Shown one piece after another: positions 26,043-38,000 of a DNA stretch of 64,000 nucleotides. A program made the translations under genes and the position numbers. How positions within the stretch are numbered: position 1 is the stretch's first letter; the number at the start of each line of letters is the position of its first letter. The DNA lies in assembly GCA_004431415.1 (NCBI GenBank), contig QPMI01000515.1, positions 62,001 through 126,000 of the forward strand. Reading direction: 5' to 3'. Origin of the DNA: Cyanophora paradoxa CCMP329 (taxonomy: Eukaryota; Plantae; Glaucophyta). The notes under the pieces are model-generated. The model searched no databases. It was not told where the DNA came from and saw only the letters and a list, made by a program, of their open reading frames with translations.

Positions 26043-29000
26043 ATGTTGCGGCAGAGGAGCGCAATTACTGTTCTGCTTCTTGGCCTCCTTTCCTTCGCGC
26101 GCGCGGCATTCAATGGTTCGTGTCTCACTTTTCTCACTAACGCGTACGCGCGACGCCTCGGCCAGGCCATGGCCATGGCCAGCATATGCGTTAGCAGAAC
26201 CTTGCAAAGCTCAGTTGCAGGCCGTCCACGCTGCGCGCTAGCTGCTCTGACCCTTGAGCGCGCATGCGTATATGCAGGCCATGAGATGCCCGGTATCAAA
26301 AGTGAGTAATCCTGCTGGCCGTCAGGCCATAGCCAGCCTGGCAGCCTCCGCACGCATGCGCGCGCGTGCGGCTACGCAAAGAGCGCTAACGAGAGCGCGC
26401 GCGCAGCGACGCTCTACGCGGCGCCGCTTCCGACGTGGGACTATCCCGTGGGCGCCCGCGGGCCGAGCCTGCTCGTCGTGGCGCGCGATCTGGACGACGA
26501 CCTCGTCGTGTGCGAGTGGAGCCTGGACGCAAACATGTGCCGGACCACGCGCCCGTACACGCTTCTGCTGAACGAGAGCTCCAGTGAGGTGCGCCCCCCG
26601 CAGGCTGCGCTTCGTTCTTCGGCTTTGATTTGCCGCCCCCCCTCCCCCATTTCTAGCTCGGCCTTGTGAGTCCCCAGCAGGCTTGAAAGCTTCCTTCCCC
26701 CCTTAAGCTTGTCCTCCGCCCCTCTTCGCGCTCTTTTATGCGCCCCGCCCCCCACCGCCCCCGCCCCCGCCATCCCTTTCTCCGCCCGCCCCCCCCCCCC
26801 CCCCCCACACACCCACACCCCCCGCCCTCCCCTTCCCCCGAACCCCGAGTCCCCTGTCGAGGGCTAGGGCTCCGGACCCGAGCCCCCTGTCGAGGGCTCC
26901 GGAGCCGAACCCCTGGCGAGGGCTCCGGACGGACCCCGCCCCCGCCCCGCTACCCCCCCCCCCCCCCCCGCCCCCCTTCTTCCACCCTCTCCCTTCCCGG
27001 GTCCCACTCCTTCCAATTTAAAATTTACAATCAATATTGTAGACTTCGAAATTGCACATTCGAATTCTGTACTCACGCACAGCTGCCGGAGCGCAGTCGT
27101 CGAACCCTGCGAGCGCCACCTTCGATCCGGTGGCATTCTCCTTTTCCTCGTTCACGCCGTTTCCCGGTCGGGTGCGCATGCGCAGTCTCCCTGCTTATAA
27201 GTATGCTCGAGCGCTCTAGGTCTTGACTTGGCTTTGCGGTTGCAGGATATCGATGCTCGGCCACCTCGCGTCGGGGACGGGGAATTCTTGCGAGGCATGG
27301 CCACCTGGGCGGGCCAGAACAGCGATGTGCGGTTCCTTCCCGCTGGCATCGCCGGCTTCGCCGGAGGGAACAACGTCAACTCGGCCAAGTACACGGCTGC
27401 CTGCGCCGTGCGGGGGGAGTCGTGGCGCAGGAATCCCGACTGCCAGAGCTGGCACCCCCTCAACTTCGTTTCTTACGCTTTCTCGGGTCCGGACCGCGCC
27501 CCGACCCGGCCGGACTATGCGGTGGTTTCTGTGACGCCGCGCCCCAGGCTGCGAGACGTGCTGCGACGCAAAAGGCCAGAATTATACGGAGAGCTCCGAC
27601 TGGCCCGCCGAAGCCACCGCCACGTGGCCCGGCTGCAGCGCCAGCCCCTACCGATTCGTGGAGCTCGGGCGCAACTTCAGCATGGACGAGAGGTCACCGC
27701 CCGTCACTTCACCCGAACTTCTGCATGCACTCGGGCTCGAATTTTGACTCAACTGCTGCGGTCGCAGGTGGTACAACGCATACTTTGAGGCTTCTCACTA
27801 CTCGGCGGTCTCGCAGTACCAGCTCGGCTCGACGGGCGAAAGGCGCGCTGTCGACTTGTATACGTATCTGCGCACGTTTAGAGTGCTCACTCCTACTACT
27901 TCGGCGCCAGATACGAGTGGCTCGGGACGTTAGGGACCTTGCTCATGCTTCGCTGGGACCCGGTCATCAACATCGCGGGGTTCATAGGCGTCCGGTTCAA
28001 CAGGACGTACATCTACCAGTCGGACCTGTGAGCTCGAGCGCACGCGTGCACCGTCTGCGCTGCCGTCGAGCTCGCGTGTCTGACGGGGCACCGGACCGCA
28101 GGAGCACTTACAGCGGCCTACGCCGCGTGAACCTCGCAAGAAATATGGCCCACAGGCTGGACCTGGCGGGCAGCAGGCTCAGATGCTTCCCTGCGGTGGA
28201 CGAAGTGAGCTTCGACTGCCCTGGCTGCGGCTGGCTGGGCAGCTTCAAAAAGTCCGGCATCGTGAGCTACGTCCAAATATCTCAAATCTTCAGCTTCTGG
28301 TCCGTTCCCAATAAAACATTTTATTAGGAAAATCCGACGTCGTCTATCAATACGAATGCTGTCGGCAGGCAACGCGGCGTGGCGTACTTCTCGAGCGTGG
28401 CCGTCGGCAACGTCAACGTTCAGCTGCGCATCATTCTGTGCCGCGTAGGCGGCACGGTCGCGCTCCCTATCATGGAGCACGTGGCCTCGCTGGCGCCCGC
28501 CGGCGAAGTCCAGCTGGTGGGGACCACCACGGGGCAGACGCGGACGTACTACCACACGACGAACGCTAATGGCATTCTCCTGGAGAACCGAGAGCCGTGC
28601 GCTAATTTCAATTTGCTTCAATTCTCTTCAAAGCAATAAATATTCGCGCTCGCGCAGAACGTACGGCAAAAGCTCGCGCGACACAGAATGGCTGATCAAC
28701 ACGGAGTCGCTGCCAGTGGCCGGCACGGCGCACGCCATGGTGGCGGACGGGCGCCTGGAGCCAGGCGGCCCGCTTGTGTACCACGCGATCTTGCGGTATG
28801 CGCAATCTTTGCAAGCTATAGCTACATTCCACTTGCACTTCCCAGACTCTAATCAAAGCTCTCGCGTCATAGCATCCCGTTCTTCCCGCCTACCTGCAAG
28901 TTTGAGTCATGCAGGCGCCAGCTCTGCCAGCCGTTCTGCGTTGTGACGAAGCAGCCGGACCTCGACTACCCCTGCGCTAAGGTGTCCGTGTACGGGTCCT

Positions 29001-32000
29001 TTGACGACACGGTCCGCGGCGTGTGCCCAGACGCCGTCGTCAAGCACGTGATCGCCCTGTGGTCGTGGAACGTCGTCGGGACGTCCGCGTCGCTCCGGCG
29101 CGCGCCAGTTCGCATCGCCGAGCGCTCGGTCCCCCACAAGGACTCGTGCATCGTCCAGAACGGGCACGTCGGCGAGGCCGGGGCGGGCATCGGCGCCCTG
29201 GAGGGCAAGTTCGTCGAGGGGCACGGACGGCCCTTCTCTTACTACGTCCTGGGCGACGGTTCGCGCGTGGCCATGGCCCGCAGGGGCGGCTGGGCCTCTT
29301 GCCTTTTCTGGCTGATTGATGCCGTGCGTTCGATGCTGCGCAGAGATCGTTCGGCTGAGGTGCTGCTTTCTTTAATTTGCAAATCTAAGAGAGCCTTTCT
29401 TTTCGCAAGTATTAATTGACTGACAGGCGCCCCGGCACCTTCGAGAGCGGAATCGGTGGGGAGGTGAGCGGGCGGCTGCGCTTGCAGCCGGAGGGCTGGG
29501 CCCCGAGCCTCGGCGAGTGGTACTCGGTCCGGGCCGCGGTCTACTCGCGGGGCTCCCTCTTCGTCGTCCGCCAGAGGCACACGGCGGAGGACACGGATTG
29601 CCAGCAGTACCTGCAGAGGGACATCGTCACGACCGGCTTCTCGAACCGGATGCGGAGCATTCTCAGGCCTTCCTTCGGGCCAGTCGAGCTTCTGAAGGTC
29701 CCTCCGCTATAGCTATTAGTGCTTTGAGCGTGGCCGGCAATGAGCTTGCACTGCTCCCAGATTGAGAACGTCGAAGGAGAAGTGATGGGGCCTGTCCGCG
29801 TCGCCATCAGGAATTTCTACAAGGAAATAACGTGCGCCAGCTTTTCGTCTGCAAATTTGCATCGCTTTCTGTTGCTTTTCCGGTTAACTGATGAGCCGCA
29901 TGGTGCGACCGCAGGGGCGGCTACGTAACCGACAACCTTGGGTGCGTCCCTAGGGGCCTGGAGCCTGCGGCCTCTGTCAACGACGTCTACCTCTGTCAAC
30001 GTTGACACGTTGCGCAGAGCGATGGACTCGTTCGATTACCGCTCGCCCTTTCCCGAGACCCCTTACATCGTTCTGTACAACAAGCAGCCGTGCGCGCGTG
30101 CCTTACGCTGTACATGTGGTCGCCGATCGCGAGTGCATCTCACGTCTCCTGCAGGGCACGCGTCATCAAGATCTACACAGACTGCCCCGCCGGGCAGGCC
30201 TTCAACGCCCCTTCAGTCTTCGGAGATTCGGTCGGCGACAACTGCGTGCCCCTTCCCCCAGGTAGCTGTCGATAGGGCACTTGGATTTTGCAGTCAAGCA
30301 GGCTCGTTTTCTTACGCGAGGCTCCGCGCGTGCAGGCCTCTACTCGAACAGAACGGGCGTGATCAGCGAGGACGAAGCGGACGTGTGTCCCACGGGCACC
30401 TTCTCCGAAGAGGGCGCGACGTCGTGCACAGGCCCGCCCGCCCGCCCGCCCTCTCGCGCTTTTCCCACTGCTATATATATCTTACGATTGGTGGTCGCGC
30501 AGCGTGCCCCGCTGGAACGTACAGCGAAAGGGGCGCCGGGTCGTGTTATGGTGCGCGTTCGCTCTTCGTCGTGTGCCGGTTGAGATCTGATCATTACGTG
30601 GTTCAAAATCGCAGAATGCCCCCAGAACACGTTTTCGCAGACGCCCGGCACTCCCTGCGCACCTTGCCCTGCGAACGCATTTACTCAGACCAAGAAGTGG
30701 ACCTCGGAATGCGCTGGTTTGTGATTTAAGTATACCATGTGTTCCGGAATTACATGACATGCTGGTGTTAACAACTGGCCGCGCAGTCTGCGAGCCGGGA
30801 ACGTACCTGCCGTACACGGGAGCGACGGTTTGCCTGGCGTGCCCGGCCCAGACGTGGGCCCCGAGAGGTTTGAGATTCTAACTCTGGCATACGTTCATTA
30901 TTCATTATAACGGTTTTCGATATCATGAACAGGAACCCTCGGATCATGCTTGTCCTGCGAGCAAGGAGCAGTGCCTTCGGCCGACGCGTCGCACTGCGAA
31001 AAATGGTGGGCCCCGCAAAAGTAAAACACTTCGAATCGCACTGACAAATTCGAAACAGCCCTGCTGGCACGTATCAGAAAGAGAACCGTACCGCGTGCAT
31101 TCTCTGCCCTGAGCTCACGTTCACATCGAGCGCGGGCACATTCGGACAGTGCACGCCCTGTAGTCCTGGTTCGCAGTGTCCTCGCGTCTTCCAACAGTCG
31201 GACAATGACGGCGCGCCGCCTCTCGCAATCGCAGGCACCGTGAGCGTAGACGCGCGGACCGAGTGCAGAGCGTGTCTGCCGGGCTACTTTTCTTATGGGG
31301 CGGAGTGCTTGCGCTGCTTCGGAAACAGCATCGCGCCCGAAGCGGGGCGGTCGAACTGCACGGAGTGCCCCCGCGGACAGGTGGCGACCGAAGATAAGCA
31401 AAACTGCATCGCGTGCCCTGGTCAGTATTACTATAACTAGCACTAAGTATATCGCTCTCCAAACCGTTGAGTTCAAAGAAGCGTATTCGTTGACTCGAGT
31501 GCTGCAGCCGGCACCTTCTTCACCGTGGCGGCGGGAAGCGACGTGGCGACGTGCGAGAAGTGCCCCATCAACACGATCACCAGCACCGCGGGGCTCGACG
31601 CATGCACGCCCTGCAAGCTCGGCGAGGTCGCCGCCGCCGACTCGCAGTCTTGCGTGCCCTGCGGCGCCGGTGCGGAACAGGCCGAGAAATGCGCCCTACT
31701 GCCGGCCAAACTTGACACGAGCTTTATTGCAGGCACGTACCGCGCGGAGAACATGTCAGCGTGCACTCCCGTGCCGCCGAGATCCGTCGCGCTGCAAGGC
31801 GCAGAAATCTACACCGAGTGCGCTCCCGGAGAAGTCCCGAGCAGGGCCAAGACCGAGTGCCTGCAGTGCCCTGGCGGTGCGATTTTCGTCAAGAAAGTCA
31901 CTCAAGTATCTTTATCCTTCGCTTAATCGCTCCGACTCGGCGACAGGGAGCTACCAGAAGAACGACACGTGCGAGAGGTGGGTCTTGCCTGCATCGCAGT

Positions 32001-35000
32001 CCGACAGTCTCCAGGACGCGCCTGACGCAGTATATAAACAGATGCCCGCTCAACACCGTCGCGAGCGCGCCGGGCCGGGCCGAGTGTACGCCCTGCCGGG
32101 AGGGCGAAGCGGCGTCGGCGGACAGCCAGACGTGCGAGCCGTGCCAGGCCGGCTTCTACCGGACGGCGGACATGGCGAGCTGCGCGGTCGTGCCCGAGCG
32201 CGCCGCCGCGCTGGAGCGCTCGCCGCTCTACGTGAACTGCAGCGCGGGATGGATCCCCAACCTGGCGCGCAGCGAGTGCACGCCCTGCCGCGCCGGCTAC
32301 TTCCAGAACCAGGACGTCTGCGAGCGGTACGTGGGTCCCTCACAATCGCCCGTCGTGAACGCGCGGCTCGGCATTGACACAGACGCCGACGTCGACGCAG
32401 TTGCCCCAAGCTAACCGTCTCGTCAAGCGAGGGCAGTGACCGATGCACGCCGTGTGCCGCTGGCTACGTGACGGTGCGCGATGTTTCTTTTCCGCCTTCC
32501 AGTGATAGCACAGAACGCTTTGGCGAGCAGGCGGAGGACCAGCAGTCGTGCATTCCTTGCGGAGTGGGTGCGCCACACTTTAATCTTTGTGGTTACTTTA
32601 AATTGTCGGAATCGCTGATTATATTTCCAGGCACGTACCGCACGTCCGACATGTCCGTCTGCACGGCGGTCCCGCACCGCGCCGTCGCCCTTTCTGGCTC
32701 ATCAAACTACACGGAGTGCTCGCCCGGCGCGGTCCCCGATAGCGCCAAGGCGCAGTGCGTGCAGTGCCCCGCAGGCTCCTACCAAGTCGGGGAGATGTGC
32801 GAGCGGTGAGATCACTTTACAAATTGAGCATACATTAAAGCTGCGGCTGCCTGAAACAGCGCCCAGTTGCCCGATCAACACCGTGTCGAGCCTCCCGGCC
32901 GCAACAAACTGCACGGAGTGCCTGCCTGGCGAGTTTTCAGCGACGGACTCACAGGTATTCCTCCTTCCTTTGTGTATGTACACTGATTTCCATTCCATTC
33001 ATAACACTTGCGCAGACATGCATCCCCTGCGCCGCGGGAACGTATCGCGCAGCAAACATGCCGGCGTGTCTGCCCGTTCCTCCACGAGCGGCTGCGCTGC
33101 CCGGCTCTCCGTTGTACACAAACTGCTCCGCGGGATTCGTGCCGAACGCAGCGCAAAGCGAATGCTACGCCTGCGCTGCTGGTGCGGCTACTGCTTCGGA
33201 TTTCGTGTATTTAATTTCCTTTGATTCTTTGATTTTCGAACAGGGTCCTACCAAGACGGAGACGTCTGCAAGCGCTGTCCAGATCTCACGATCGCAGCGT
33301 TCCCCAACAGCACCGTCTGCGCTCCGTGCCGCCCCGGCACGGTCCCCGCCGATGACCTTCAATCCTGCGTCCCCTGCGGGGCCGGAACGTACCGCGCGCC
33401 GGATATGCTCGTCTGCACGCCTGTCCCCTTCCGCGCTGTCGCTCTACACGGCTCTGCAAACTACACCAACTGCTCGGCGGGATGGATTCCCGACGCGGCG
33501 AAGGCGCAATGCTTTGAGTGTCCTGCTGGCTCGTTCCAGACTGGCGAGACTTGCGAACGGTCTGCTTTGGAGCTTCTATTCTACGTTTAAATTTCAATTG
33601 TTTCTTACTTCTCTCAACTTTGCAGATGCGCGTTGAATTCCGTGACCGGGTCGCCTGGCCAGACGAGCTGCCGCATCTGCGACTTGGGATATGTGTCTGC
33701 AAGCGATTCTCAGACGTGCCTCCCTTGCCCTGTAGGTGCGTGGATGTTGACGTCGGCGCCGGTAACTGTGCTGCCCAAATCCCGTCCGACGCTTCGGCAG
33801 GGACATACCGAGGCGCCGGCATGGACGCCTGCACGCCCGTGCCCGAACGCGCGGCCGCGCTCCAGGGGTCGTCGGCCTACACGGCTTGCGACCCGGGCAG
33901 CGTCCCGAACGCAGCGCTGAGCGAGTGCCTCGCGTGCCCCGCCGGTGCGCGTCAATGCCATGGCCACCGTACTCCGTACACCGCTCACGTTGTGGCATGC
34001 GCCCGCAGGCTCGTACCAGGTTGGGGACGTGTGCCTCCGGTGCCCGGAGCTCTCGGTGGCATCTTCGCCGGGCAGCACCTCCTGCCGCGCCTGCGACCTC
34101 GGCCAAGTGCCCGCCGACGACCTCCAGTCCTGCGCCGACTGCCCCGCCGGCACCTTCCGCGGCGCCAACGCGTCCGTCTGCGAGAACGTCCCCTGGCGCG
34201 CCGTCGCCCTGCCGGGCTCGGCGAACTACACGGCGTGCCGGCCCGGCGCGATCCCTGACACCGCGCTGGCCCAATGCGTGGACTGCCCCGGCGGGTCGTA
34301 CCAAGTCGGTGACGCCTGCGAGCGGTCCGTCGCCTATTCTGATATCGATTGCGTGCTCTGCCTGCAAATGATTCGAAAATTCTGATTTGATCGCAATTAT
34401 CCAGGTGTCCCGTGAATTCTGTCACGAGCTCGCCCGGCCTTGCAGCGTGCACACTCTGCCTGGAGGGATTCGTCTCTTCCAGCGACTCGCAGGCAAGCGC
34501 GCGCAGCACAGAACAGCACAGCTTTTCAAGCCACGCTGATGCGTTTTCGAATTCCGCGCAGCTGTGCCTCCCGTGCAGGTCGGGCACGTTCCGCGCCACA
34601 GGAAACACGACGTGCCTGCCTGTCCCTGTCGCCTGGCTCGATTCCCTGGCCTTGCGGTGACTTAGTGACTAGAGCTAGTTGGTGCCTGACGTAGTCTGAG
34701 AGCCCTGGCATAGTCTCTCTTCCTGTAGGCTTACCTCTCGGTAGCCTACGCTGGCCTGCCTCTACCTGTCTTAGGGGTACAGAGTCAGTAGTCTTCCGGG
34801 TACACAGTGAATACACCAGCCTGCATCTACAGCTTCTCCAGCACTGGGAGCCGGCCCCGCGCAGTACTGCGCGGGTGCCTAATCGGGTGGGAATACCTCC
34901 CATCCGACAGGCGCCACTGCTCACGGAACTGGGCCCGTGGGCAGCCTCCGACAGCATCAGCCCGTCATCTTCGGCGACCATCAGCGATGCGCACGCATCG

Positions 35001-38000
35001 CTAGTAGCTCTAGAAACATCGTTTCAGTGCCGATCGGCGACCCCCGCGCACCGGCGGGCCCGGATCGGCGTGCGATCGATACGCACACAGCGATCAGCCT
35101 CAGCGAGCCGCCAGGCTCTCCGTCAGCGCACCGGAAACGTAGAACTAGCTCTGGAGAACCGATAAATGCGGTCGGACGCGCCCTCCCGTCGCCCTCGCCG
35201 ACGGACGCCGCAGATCTTGTCCAGATCCCCGAGGGACAACCTCGACGCCCATGCCCGTACGCGCGCCCCGCCGCGCAGCGCCGCGCGTACGGCCTCGAGC
35301 AGATAAAAGAAGACCTTTACGACGACCGGCGACTGGCGAGCCTCGCCCTGGACCGAGGCGTGCATGAGTCTGGTCGATCGGCTGTGCTGGCTCTCGCTAG
35401 CCTTGCACTCCGAGCCCAGCGCTTCGCGCCGGAGTTCTTCACGGCCTGTGCTGGCGCAGCGCACGCGCACGGCCCTCGGGGTGCGCGCCTGGCCCTCGCC
35501 CTTGGGATTTGATCTGCTGGGGTCGGCAGATTTGATCCTGGCACTGGACGCGTACGGGCTCGGACCTCGCCTGCGCCGCGCGCGCCCCACAAAGCGCGGG
35601 CGGTCGCTGGCCAGCTATAGAGAGCCAGGCGAGCCGCTCGCCCGCAGATCCTTCAGCGGATCTGGAGGAGACGTGGGGGCAGCCGCGTGGCTTAGCCTGG
35701 CGCCCACGGCCGCGGGCTGAGGTTCTGGCTCAGCGCGGTTACGACGGCCAGAACTTAGTCCTGTGGAAGCCAGGCCCGCGCGCGAATACCCGAGGGTGCT
35801 ATTCCCGGTCGGATTCGTCGACGCCGCCTGCGCGAGCTGCCGTGCGAGCCCGAGGGTGCTATTCCCGGTCGGTCGCCAGTCACTCGCCGCGACGCCAGCC
35901 CTCTACGGCTGCTGCGATCGTGCTGGACAAGCTCGAGTGGACCGGATCGAGAACTGAGGCCGCGCGCCCGAGTTCCTTCCGGCGAGTGGACCGGATTGAG
36001 AACTGAGGCCGCGCGCCCGAGTTCCTTCCGGGCGAGAGGAAGAGCGATCGGATCGATGGCTGAGGCGTGCGCGCCCGAGCTGTCTCCAGAATCGCCGCAG
36101 CCGAGCTTGCTCGCCGCTGCTGTGGACCACGACGGCCTCGGATCTCGAGTGAGGCACATTATCTCATGGACTAGCGTGGCTTTACGCCGTCGCTTGACCT
36201 GAGAATGCCCTCAAGACCTGGAGCTCAAGGGCACCGACTGCAGAGCGGACCCACCTGCTGCCTTGCCTGCAGGCAGGGCCCTCTTGCCCCGCCATGGCCA
36301 AGATCTCGAGCTTGAGAGCATTGGCCTTCCCTCGGCTGATGCTTCTCTCGGCCTCAACTCTTGATCATGATCATGAGCGCCTGCACGCTGGCCATGGCCT
36401 CGGATCCGACGCAACGCCGCGGTGACGGTGATGCACTCGGCGCCAGCGGCACACACATCGAACGTCGACGCAAGGCTCAAGCTTGATCAATTATAAGCTG
36501 AAGGCCTAGCTATGAGACGCGGTCTCGAGCTCACTTCATGATCAAGAGCTTGAGCCGCGAAGCGATATCGATATCGATAGCGCGGCCCTCAGGGGCTCGA
36601 GCCGCTTTATCTTTCGCATTCCGCTGTGCACTAGCTATGCGCTAGCCGTCTGCCTCGAGCTCAAGCTTGCGGCAGCTGCAGCTAGCCGGTACCTGGCACA
36701 CCGTGACACCTTCTCTCGCGGAGCACCGCGGACGGTGCTAGCAAGAAGGGGGTGTGACGCCATGATCATGATATCGATGGCAAGCCGCGGCAGTACCGCA
36801 TGCGTATGCACGTGCACAGTACGCGAGCTGCTGATCATGATCATGCATCTGATCATGCATATGCAAGATCACGAGCTCGAGCTGTAAAATCGAATTCAAA
36901 CGCGCCTCGCAACGCCTCCCCCGCGAGCCGCTGAGCTCGCCAAGCTCGCCGCGTCTGCGGGGTTCGCGAAGCTTAAGGCCAAGGCCCCCGCCACGTGCAA
37001 GCAGGCGCGGCCGCAGGCCGCCCTGTGGCCAGAACGCTTTGCGCCGACGGTGCCTGGGCCAGCCCCGCCGCCTCAAGCTCCGAAGCAACGAGAGCCGGGC
37101 CCGGCCGGGCCCCCGCCGCTGAGGAGCGCGAAATTCCCTCTGACGAGGGATGCCCGACGACCCCGGCCGGGGACGCTCCGGGCAAGGCCGGCGACGAGTC
37201 GCCGCCTGGTGGGCCCGCCCCGCCGGACGCCTGTGACGCCAACGACTTTCCCCTCGCGCTTGCCGAGGAAGTCCCAAAGCGCTCAGAGACTGGACCTCGT
37301 CGGTGGGGCGCTCGAGGGTTCGCCGAGCCGCGGCCCCTGCACCCTGACGAGATCTTTCCCCGCGGCCCTGCCCTGAGGTGGCAGCCCTGGGACGAGTACA
37401 ACACGCGCCACTGGCGCTCGCCGGCCGATCCCGAGGACCGGCTGACTCCCGATCGATATCCGCATCGGGTGGAATTCGAAGCCGGAGTTCCGGGGTCTGC
37501 CGTGCCAGGCCAGCCCATGGCCGGCGCCATGCACATGGCACCGGACACTGAGTTCCACTAAGTAAGCTCTGGGTCGGGCGGCATCGGCCGCCTCGAACGC
37601 CCAGCGGCCAGCTGTAATTTGGGCCCACTTCCGGCTTCCGGCTCCAGCTGTAATTTGGGCCGCAGAGCTAAGCTCTAATGTCGGCCCCGGCTGATTGCAA
37701 CTGGCATCCGGCTCCAATCCGGCCGCTATCGCCGCTTTGGAATCCGCTAGTGCTGAACCGCATATCGAGCTACCAGCCGGCTTTGCGACCGGCGGCTAGA
37801 GCCCCTAGCCTCGAGCTCAGAGCTCGAGCTCAAGGGTGCGCGCCAGACGCTCGAGAGGGCCAGAGCTGATGCCCTGATGCCGGGCCCACGCACGACCGGC
37901 GAACCCCATCGCGATTGCGACTGCCTGCCTCGAAGCTGCCAGGCTGCTCGACTGCAGTCGCGATCGAGAGCCAGGCTGAGCGTTTAGGTTTCGCAGCAAG

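Noticed and set aside
34634-34646. tRNA B-box-like GGCTCGATTCC at the LTR start
   Set aside because: It mismatches the GTTCG core, with no A box or cloverleaf, so it does not support a tRNA or SINE.
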